Source: Gemmatimonadota bacterium (GTDB lineage: Bacteria > Gemmatimonadota > Gemmatimonadetes > Gemmatimonadales > GWC2-71-9). From it: 64,000 bases of DNA. Both the position numbers and the translations under genes were made by a program. The DNA lies in NCBI GenBank assembly GCA_025357945.1, contig JANYLJ010000055.1, positions 775-64,774 on the forward strand, written 5' to 3'. The notes below the pieces were generated by a model. It did no database searches. It was not told where the DNA came from and saw nothing but the letters and a program-made list of their open reading frames with translations. The first letter of the stretch is position 1. Each line of letters opens with the position of its first letter. This document shows positions 53,517-64,000 of this stretch, in pieces.

Positions 53517-53573
53517 GGCAACATGCTACGCTCGGGTACCATAACGCTCCATGAATCGAGCATTAAGAAGTCT

Positions 53574-54830
53574 TCATCCACCCGCATCCACGGGTAATTC
53601 GAGCAGGAACGTCGATCCGGTGCCGTCGGCGCGCTCGACCCGAAGGCTACCGCCGAGAACTTCGGCCAGCCGACGCGAAACCGGCAGCCCAAGACCAGTG
53701 CCCAGGCCGGAGTGGGGGTCAAACCGCTCGAACGGCTCGAAGATCCGCTCCACCAGGTCGGCCGGCACTCCCGGGCCGCGGTCGATCACCCGGAATTGCA
53801 CCCGTCGACCGGACAGCTCCACGTCGACGATGACCGGCACGGCAGGCACGCTGTGCCGCACCGCGTTGGAGAGCAGGTTGAGCAGGATCTGCTCGAGGTG
53901 CACCGGGTCGGTCCGAAGCACGACCGACGCGGCTTCGCCGCGATGCTCCAGCGTGATGTCCTTGGCGGCCGCCGCCGGGCTGACAGACGCGAAGGCTCGC
54001 TCGATTGAATGCAACACCTCAACCTCGCGAAACACCGGTCTCACCTTGCCCGCGTCCAGGCGCGTGAGGTCGAGGAAGTTGTTCAACAGCTCGATCGTAC
54101 GCTCGGCCGCTTCGTACACTTCGCGCGCCGCCTGTGGGACGGTGTCTTTCGGCTTGCCACGGACCAGCATCTCGGCCCAGCCATACACGCCGGTGAGCGC
54201 GTTGCGCAGCTCGTGATTCATCATCGCAAAGAACAGGTCGCGCTGGCGCTGCATCGACTGGACCTGCGCGACGAGCCGTTGGCTCTCCTCGTAGAGGCGC
54301 GCATTTTCCACCGCGACCGCGGCGTGCGCCGCAAGCAGAACCGCGATCTGCTCGTCCTCGACGCCGAATTCCGGCTGGCCCAGCTTGTCGGTGAGGTAGA
54401 GGTTGCCGAACACCCGGTCCCGAGAGACGATCGGCACGCCGAGGAACGACTGCATCGGTGGGTGGTTGGCGGGAAAGCCAGAGCGAAGCGGATGGCTGTT
54501 GATGTCGGCGGTACGAAGCGGCCGGGCGTCACGAATCAGCGCGCCGAGCAGCCCGTGGCCACGCGGCAACTCACCGATCCGCCGTCGCATGCCATCACTC
54601 ATCCCCGACGTCACAAACTCGACCAGCGATTCGCCGCGCTCATCCAACACGCCGAGTGCGGCGTACCGGGCACCCACCACTTCACGGGCCGAATCGACCA
54701 CCCGCTGCAGAACGGCGGCCAGGGAATGCTCGCCGGAGATCGCGATCGCCGCAGCGAGAACACGCTCGAATCGGTCGCGGACACGCGCGGCCTCGGTCGC
54801 GGCATCGTCGGGTGTGCGGGGCTCGTTCAT
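53574..54830 (-). CDS. cytoplasmic GAF-domain sensor histidine kinase
   Basis: GAF region (VVGARYAALGVLDERG...FLGVPI), the H-box MMNHELRNALTGV and an HATPase domain. No TM segment. The start is at MNEPRT (54830). Confidence 0.85.
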   Translation of the reverse strand: MNEPRTPDDAATEAARVRDRFERVLAAAIAISGEHSLAAVLQRVVDSAREVVGARYAALGVLDERGESLVEFVTSGMSDGMRRRIGELPRGHGLLGALIRDARPLRTADINSHPLRSGFPANHPPMQSFLGVPIVSRDRVFGNLYLTDKLGQPEFGVEDEQIAVLLAAHAAVAVENARLYEESQRLVAQVQSMQRQRDLFFAMMNHELRNALTGVYGWAEMLVRGKPKDTVPQAAREVYEAAERTIELLNNFLDLTRLDAGKVRPVFREVEVLHSIERAFASVSPAAAAKDITLEHRGEAASVVLRTDPVHLEQILLNLLSNAVRHSVPAVPVIVDVELSGRRVQFRVIDRGPGVPADLVERIFEPFERFDPHSGLGTGLGLPVSRRLAEVLGGSLRVERADGTGSTFLLELPVDAGG

Positions 54831-54886
54831 GGCATGAAAGGTAAGCCCGGGGCTGCGGTCATCCCGAGCGCCCTTACCTTTTCCCC

Positions 54887-56212
54887 ATGCCGCAGACCTC
54901 CCTCGCCTATCGCATCCTCGCGAACGTCGCCGTCCCAGCCGTCCCCATGTTGCTGCGCGACCAGGGTCAGCACGACGCCCATCGCGCCCGGCTCCGGGCA
55001 CCGGCGCTGCTGGAAGAGTGGGCACGAACGCACCGCGACCCGGCGCGGCGACTGGTCTGGTTCCACGCGCCGTCGGTGGGCGAAGGATTGCAGGCTCGCG
55101 CCGTGATGCGCGCGTTTCGCCTCGCACGGCCCGACGACCAAGTCATATACACCCATTACTCGCCGTCCGCCGGTGACTTTGCCGCCACGGTGGGGGCCGA
55201 CTGGAGCGGCTATCTCGGCTACGACCGCCGCCGCGACGTGGACCGCATGCTGGCCGCTGCGACGCCCGACCTGCTGGTGTTCACCAAGCTCGATCTCTGG
55301 CCCGAGCTCGCCGTACGCGCATCGGCACGCGGCACCCGGGTCGCAATGGTGGCGGCGACCGTGAGCGCCCGCAGCGGACGTTTGGGCTGGCCGGCGCGAC
55401 TGCTTGCGGCATCCGGGTATGCCGCGCTCGATCTTGCTGGCGCCATCTCCAACGAGGATGCCGAACGACTGGTGCGGCTTGGCTGCCACGCCGATCGCAT
55501 CGTGGTCACCGGCGACCCGCGCGTCGATTCCGCGCTCCAGGTGGTTGACGCCGAAGCGCCCACGTCACAATCGGGGATCGCTGGGCCGATCATGACTGAC
55601 ACGGGGAGATCCACGAATACGCTGGTGGCGGGCAGCACCTGGCCCGAAGACGAAACGGTGGTGCTCGGCGCGTTCGAGCTCGTTCGCGACCGGCACGCCG
55701 AAGCCCGCCTGATCATCGCGCCGCACGACCCGAGCAGCGGACACCTGCGGCGCGTGGCAGCCGTCGCCCAGGAGCTCGGCCTGCCAGAACCGGCGCGAAT
55801 CAGCCGGCTGAGTCCCGGCGATTCGCCAATGATCACGCTGGTGGATCGGGTCGGATTGCTGGCGCGACTGTACGGTCGTGGCGCGATGGCGTACGTCGGC
55901 GGTGGCTGGGGGAAGCACGGGATCCATTCCGTGCTCGAACCGGCGGCGTGGGCGTGCCCAGTGGTGATCGGACCCAATGACCGCGACAGCCGCGACGCGC
56001 GGCGGCTGGAGCAGGTTGGCGCCCTTCGACGATTGCACCAGCCGGCGACGGCGCGTGAGCTCGCGCAGATCTGGGGCGGCTGGCTCGACCGGCCCGAGGA
56101 CGCCACGCGTGCCGGCCAAGCAGCGCGCGCCGCGCTCGCGGCGGAGCGCGGCGCGGCGGAACGGAGTGCGGCGTTGCTGAGCTCGTCACTAAAGAGCTCG
56201 TCACTAAAGTGA
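54887..56212 (+). CDS. waaA: 3-deoxy-D-manno-octulosonic acid (Kdo) transferase
   Basis: WFHAPSVGEGLQARAV and the C-terminal glycosyltransferase half (AYVGGGW...GIHSVLEPAAWACPVVIGPN). The last 10 codons (SSSLKSSSLK) are encoded by a tandem 15-mer belonging to a repeat element. Confidence 0.8.
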   Translation: MPQTSLAYRILANVAVPAVPMLLRDQGQHDAHRARLRAPALLEEWARTHRDPARRLVWFHAPSVGEGLQARAVMRAFRLARPDDQVIYTHYSPSAGDFAATVGADWSGYLGYDRRRDVDRMLAAATPDLLVFTKLDLWPELAVRASARGTRVAMVAATVSARSGRLGWPARLLAASGYAALDLAGAISNEDAERLVRLGCHADRIVVTGDPRVDSALQVVDAEAPTSQSGIAGPIMTDTGRSTNTLVAGSTWPEDETVVLGAFELVRDRHAEARLIIAPHDPSSGHLRRVAAVAQELGLPEPARISRLSPGDSPMITLVDRVGLLARLYGRGAMAYVGGGWGKHGIHSVLEPAAWACPVVIGPNDRDSRDARRLEQVGALRRLHQPATARELAQIWGGWLDRPEDATRAGQAARAALAAERGAAERSAALLSSSLKSSSLK

Positions 56213-56385
56213 CGGCTCGGCTGATGTCGCTAAAGCGACGCCTGCTCCGAACGCAGGAGCGATCTTCAGGTACCGTTCAGCTCGTGGCGCACCGAAACTC
56301 CGCACTTATCGCCGGATCGTCGCCCCGAGCGGAGCGAGCGTCGCTTTAGCGACATCAGCCGAGCCGCGGCTTTAGCCGCGAGCTC
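56194..56385. mobile_element. MITE-like palindromic element with 47-nt terminal inverted repeats
   Basis: The left arm (56194..56240) and the reverse complement of the right arm (56339..56385) are identical except for a compensatory swap in a small hairpin stem (TCAC..GTGA versus CGGC..GCCG). The core is about 98 nt. Confidence 0.55.
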
Positions 56386-56393
56386 TCGTCAGC

Positions 56394-57026
56394 TCACAGC
56401 GCGAAACCCAAGCCCAGACTGAAGATGCTCGGATGGGCGCCATCGTTCGACGTGCGATCGTATGCCCCGCGGATCGAGAGACCGTTGAGCAGCGCCACGT
56501 CGATGCCGCCGCTGATCCCGAAGTGAACGTCGGACGTATTGAGGATGCTGGTCAGGCTCGAGTGCAGGTAGTCGATACGCGGCGCGATCCATGGCTTGAT
56601 GGCGAACGCCGGATTGGGGATCGTCGCCGCCAGCCCGATTGAGAGCGGCACGTGCGTGAACTGCACGTCGCCAACCGTCCAGCGCGACGCACCGGCCTGC
56701 ATCGTGATCCGGAACGGCACCAGCGGGCCGCCGAGCAGTCGCAGCGTGGCGGACGCACCAGGCGCCCACACGGGGTCGCCGGACTTGGGTGCATACCGCG
56801 AGATCGCAGCGGTGACACCAAAAAAGCCCAGCCCGACCGACGCGTGCGCACCGATCGCGTTGCCGCCACCGCCAAAGTACGCGTCGCTCGCAAACCCGAC
56901 TTCAGCGCCGATGCTGATCCCGGTCGGCGCGCCGTTATTGATGACGGGAAGGCCGAGGACCTGTGCGGCGGCAGGGGCCGTAGCGCAGGCGAGCATTCCC
57001 AGCGTGAGCAAAGCGCGACGGATCAT
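56394..57026 (-). CDS. small outer-membrane beta-barrel protein
   Basis: Signal peptide MIRRALLTLGMLACATAPAAAQ. It has alternating beta-strand patterns and a C-terminal FSLGLGFAL. Confidence 0.55.
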   Translation of the reverse strand: MIRRALLTLGMLACATAPAAAQVLGLPVINNGAPTGISIGAEVGFASDAYFGGGGNAIGAHASVGLGFFGVTAAISRYAPKSGDPVWAPGASATLRLLGGPLVPFRITMQAGASRWTVGDVQFTHVPLSIGLAATIPNPAFAIKPWIAPRIDYLHSSLTSILNTSDVHFGISGGIDVALLNGLSIRGAYDRTSNDGAHPSIFSLGLGFAL

Positions 57027-57073
57027 CGAGTTCTCCAATTGGTCAGTGGCGGGAGGAAGAGTATCCTCACGGC

Positions 57074-57336
57074 CTACTTCGCCGTACCCGGGTCCGCCTG
57101 GACGTGTTCGGCCAGGACGCGCACGCTGTTCTTGATGACCTGCAAGAAGCCGCCCCGGACCTGGAATTTACGGGTGACGCCGCCCGATTTGACTCGCAAC
57201 ATACCGGACCCGAGCACGGTCATCAGCGGCGCGTGGTTGGCGAGGATGCCGAGCTCGCCGTCGAACGCCGGCGCCACGACCGACTCGGCCTCGCCGTCGA
57301 ACACCGCCGACTCGGGGGAAATAACCGTGACACGCA

Positions 57337-57337
<1 letters not shown>
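57074..57337 (-). CDS. atpC: F1 ATP synthase epsilon subunit, short form (beta-sandwich domain only)
   Basis: 87 aa, MRVTVISPESAVFDGEAESVVAPAFDGELGILANHAPLMT. ATGA overlap with atpD. Confidence 0.85.
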
Positions 57338-59812
<2,475 letters not shown>

Positions 59813-59813
59813 G

Positions 59814-61391
<1,578 letters not shown>

Positions 61392-61434
61392 GGCGCTCAG
61401 TCGTGAAGGTCCGCAAGTCCGGTTCAGAAATAGT

Positions 61435-61452
61435 TTGTGAAAATAGTCACAA
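61435..61452. promoter_or_regulatory. 18-bp perfect palindrome TTGTGA-N6-TCACAA (CRP-consensus-like) upstream of atpA
   Basis: Its centre lies about 52 nt upstream of the atpA ATG, within a locally AT-rich stretch that carries a direct AAATAGT repeat. Confidence 0.45.
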
Positions 61453-61478
61453 GGGGTCGGTCCGATCAAGCGGGAAGC

Positions 61479-62243
61479 CTAGCGCCAGACCCCGTCGTTT
61501 GCGAGCATCCGCCCGATCCGCTCCGCATCCAGCGTCGCCACCTCGCGCGCCGAAACGCCAAAGGTGCGCCGGGCGGTTTGCTGCAGCAGCGAGACGGAGG
61601 AGAAGCCGAGGAGGCGGGCGGCGTCGGCCACCAGGTAGCCGGGGTTGCCGAGGAGTTGGGCGGCGGCAACGAGGCGCACAGTATCGATGGCGCGTTTGAG
61701 CGACGGGGCGCCGCCGGCCGCGAATCGCCGCGACAGTGTTTCGCGGCGCACGCGGAGCTGCTTGGCAATCGTCCCGGTGTCGAGTCGCGACGCGGCGTGG
61801 GCAATGATCAGCGACCATACCCGGTACTGCAGCTCATCGGTCAGGTCGAGCCGTTCGGCGAGCGGCAGCAGATCCGCCAGCCGGCGCGCGGTCAGGCCAT
61901 GCCGCGCGAGGATCCGCGGGAACAGTGGTTCATCCATTCCTTCGATGGCAACGGCGGCGATGCGTTCGCGATGCATCCGGCGCAACAGCTCGGCGTCGTC
62001 CGAGCGAACCGGCATGTAGAGCAGCAGCGGTATCACGGGAAAATCGCGGCGCAGGGCGTCGAGCACGGGACCGCGGGCGGCGTCCTGGCCAATGACGATC
62101 GCGTCGAAGCAGTGGTGATGCAGCAAGGTGGCGAGGTGGGACGGCGAACGGGCGGTGAACAGCGGCCACTCGCCGCGGGGAAGCGCACGGCGCAGTGCCA
62201 GGATCGCCGGGCGGCGTTCGAGGAGTGCCGCCACCGCGGCCAT
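61479..62243 (-). CDS. AraC-type HTH transcriptional regulator with N-terminal receiver-like domain
   Basis: The C-terminal half (IAKQLRVRRETLSRRF...AAQLLGNPGYLVADAARLLGFSSVSLLQQTARRTFG) looks like a double AraC HTH. The N-terminal part has a CheY-like alternation, but no clear phospho-Asp was identified. Confidence 0.6.
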   Translation of the reverse strand: MAAVAALLERRPAILALRRALPRGEWPLFTARSPSHLATLLHHHCFDAIVIGQDAARGPVLDALRRDFPVIPLLLYMPVRSDDAELLRRMHRERIAAVAIEGMDEPLFPRILARHGLTARRLADLLPLAERLDLTDELQYRVWSLIIAHAASRLDTGTIAKQLRVRRETLSRRFAAGGAPSLKRAIDTVRLVAAAQLLGNPGYLVADAARLLGFSSVSLLQQTARRTFGVSAREVATLDAERIGRMLANDGVWR

Positions 62244-62249
62244 CTCAGG

Positions 62250-62753
62250 TCACGTGGCGGCGGCGGCTGGCGGAATCGGCTCGGGACGCGGCCGAACCCT
62301 GCCCTGACCGACCGCAAGCAGCGTGCGGGCCATCTCGGCGCCGCGCCGGAGCACGCCGCGCGCATTGTCGTAACTCAACACCTCGAGGGCGCGCTCCAGC
62401 GGTTCCCAGCGCACGGCGGTGATCCCTTCGTCAACTTGCGGGGTGCACTCGCCGTCGGGTGACTCGAACAGGAAGAAATGGCAGAACTTGTGGATGTAGC
62501 GGCCACGGAAGCGGAAATGCCAGTCGATGATGCGAATCGGCCCCTGCACGGCGAGCTGCTCGAGCCCGGTCTCCTCGCGCGTCTCCCGAAATGCCGCGCC
62601 GACCGGCGACTCGCCGTCTTCAAGATGTCCCTTGGGAAAGCCCCAGTGCTGGTAGCTGTCCTTGATCAGCAGAAAACGCGGCGTGCCGTCGGGATCGCGT
62701 CGGAACACGATCCCGCCGGCGGAGACTTCGCGTTCGGCCATTTTCTTGACCAT
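62250..62753 (-). CDS. NUDIX hydrolase
   Basis: Nudix box GFPKGHLEDGESPVGAAFRETREETG. The start is at MVKKMAER (62753). Confidence 0.85.
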   Translation of the reverse strand: MVKKMAEREVSAGGIVFRRDPDGTPRFLLIKDSYQHWGFPKGHLEDGESPVGAAFRETREETGLEQLAVQGPIRIIDWHFRFRGRYIHKFCHFFLFESPDGECTPQVDEGITAVRWEPLERALEVLSYDNARGVLRRGAEMARTLLAVGQGRVRPRPEPIPPAAAAT

Positions 62754-62777
62754 ATGAGATGAATCTAAGGGAGGGGT

Positions 62778-62907
62778 GTCATCCTGAGCGGAGCGCCCAT
62801 AGGGCGCGCAGTCGACGGACCTCGGCTCCGAGCGCACGGACCATTCAAGTCGCTCCGAACCGAGGTCCTTCGACTTCGGTGGCTTCGCCACCTACGCCCA
62901 GGATGAC
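62778..62907. repeat. 130-bp multi-hairpin palindromic element with GTCATCCTGRGCG terminal inverted repeats
   Basis: GTCATCCTGAGCG (62778..62790) pairs with CGCCCAGGATGAC (62895..62907). Internal hairpins are GCGCCC-ATA-GGGCGC, GGACCTCGG...CCGAGGTCC and GGTGGC-TTC-GCCACC. Confidence 0.55.
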
Positions 62908-62912
62908 CGGGG

Positions 62913-63911
62913 CTACGCCGCGAAACTGGCGAGCGCCCGGCCGACCTCCCCTTCGCGGAGCCGCTTGAGGGCGCGGTCGCGGAGTTGGCGCACCCGCTCG
63001 CGGGTGACTCCCAGCAGCGACCCGATCTCTTCGAGCGTGTGCTCGCGCCCGCCGTCGAGACCGAAGTAGAGCGAGAGCACTTTGGCGTCGCGGGCGGGCA
63101 GCGCCCGCAGGGCGCGAGCGACCTCTTCGGCGCGGAAGTGCGCCATCACCTGCTCTTCGGCGTCGGCGGGATCTTCGGCAGTGAACCGGTCGATCAGGGT
63201 CCGGTCGCCGTCGAAATCGAGCGGTGCATCGAGGCGGACTTCGGCGGTATTGAGCGCACAGAGCGACTGCACCACGTCGAGGGCAAGCCCGGTCGACCGG
63301 GCGAGTTCCTCGGGCGTCGGGTCGCGGCGCAATTCCTGGCGCAACGCCTCGGCGGCGCGAATGATGCGAGAGAGATCCGCGGTGCGGTTGAGTGGCACCC
63401 GCACGATGCGTCCCTGGCGCGCGAGGGAGGCGAGGATCGACTGGCGGATCCACCAGACGGCGTACGAAATGAACTTGACACCCTGCTCGGGATCGAACTT
63501 CCGCGCCGCCGTCATCAGGCCGAGGTTTCCTTCGCCGATGAGGTCGGTGAGTGGCACGCCGCGATTCTGGTACTTCTTGGCGACCGAGATGACGAAGCGG
63601 AGGTTGCGCTTCACGAGCTCGCGCATGGCATCCTCGTCGCCGTTGCGGACCCGCTTGGCAACGGCGATTTCCTGAGGAACGGTGAGGAGCGGCGTGCGCG
63701 ACACCTCGAAGAGATACTGGTCGAGGATATCGCCGTCGGAGTCGTAGACGCCGAGGGCGCGCGACGATTCGAAGCGCCGGTTCTTGCGCGCCGGCGGCGC
63801 CTCTGCCGCGAGAATCTCGGCGAGCGAAAGATCGTCGGCGAGGACGCGCAACGTCACCGGTGCGATGGGCGTTGTCGGAAATTCAGATGGAGAAGCGGCG
63901 GAAGAGTTCAT
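62913..63911 (-). CDS. RpoD-family (sigma-70) RNA polymerase sigma factor
   Basis: Region 2 (LIGEGNLGLMTAARKFDPEQGVKFISYAVWWIRQ), region 3 and region 4 (TLEEIGSLLGVTRERVRQLRDRALKRL). The start is at MNSSAAS (63911). Confidence 0.85.
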   Translation of the reverse strand: MNSSAASPSEFPTTPIAPVTLRVLADDLSLAEILAAEAPPARKNRRFESSRALGVYDSDGDILDQYLFEVSRTPLLTVPQEIAVAKRVRNGDEDAMRELVKRNLRFVISVAKKYQNRGVPLTDLIGEGNLGLMTAARKFDPEQGVKFISYAVWWIRQSILASLARQGRIVRVPLNRTADLSRIIRAAEALRQELRRDPTPEELARSTGLALDVVQSLCALNTAEVRLDAPLDFDGDRTLIDRFTAEDPADAEEQVMAHFRAEEVARALRALPARDAKVLSLYFGLDGGREHTLEEIGSLLGVTRERVRQLRDRALKRLREGEVGRALASFAA

Positions 63912-64000
63912 CGACGCGTGACCTACCATATACGGGCGACGGAGATCGCGAAAGATGCCCGGATTTGCTTGACACATACTGGCGCGGCGGATAGGTTGAC

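Overview
High-GC bacterial chromosomal window with about 60 dense protein genes, many linked by ATGA/GTGA start-stop overlaps. I saw no rRNA, tRNA or CRISPR. All calls come from motifs read in the supplied translations and from the DNA itself; no database search was possible. The gene content (Sec-type nosZ, many multihaem cytochromes) would fit a Gemmatimonadota-like soil bacterium, but that is only a guess.

Layout, left to right:
- Partial IS3-family element with an A8 frameshift site, running off the left edge.
- Three-peptidase operon.
- dnaE-accA-PSP1-metG housekeeping block.
- LemA / nucleotidyltransferase / TPM operon.
- DsbA-like and CPBP genes.
- Clade-II-type N2O-reductase operon: nosZ, nosB-like, nosD, nosF, nosY, cupredoxin.
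- Divergent sensor/regulator module: cupin + small 4-TM protein on one side, Crp/Fnr + double DUF2249 + paralogous 4-TM protein on the other, followed by a NirK-like copper nitrite reductase.
- BON / USP / PAS-GAF kinase / NarL-type two-component stress block.
- Assorted metabolic genes.
- TyrDC-like decarboxylase, NMO-like flavoenzyme and a PCP-motif (P1B-5-like) P-type ATPase.
- Four-gene multihaem cytochrome plus beta-barrel cluster with about 45 haem motifs.
- Two-domain multicopper oxidase with a two-component system.
- waaA.
- atpAGDC without atpH or the Fo genes.
- AraC-like regulator, NUDIX hydrolase and a sigma-70 family gene.

Most interesting observations:
1. A TGTGAC-N4-GTCACG palindrome occurs in three intergenic regions. 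It sits inside a verbatim 22-nt string shared by the nosZ and NMO/ATPase upstream regions. This points to a Crp-type regulon linking N2O reduction, the sensor module and a metal-ATPase operon.
2. The mirrored sensor module has paralogous 4-TM proteins with a haem-copper-oxidase-like AHxH motif.
3. The cytochrome cluster resembles a porin-cytochrome electron conduit.
4. A HisKA_3 kinase has its phospho-acceptor His replaced by Arg.
5. A heptamer microsatellite forms a roughly 28-bp hairpin between atpG and atpD.
6. Two MITE-like palindromic elements are present, and one supplies the 3' end of waaA.
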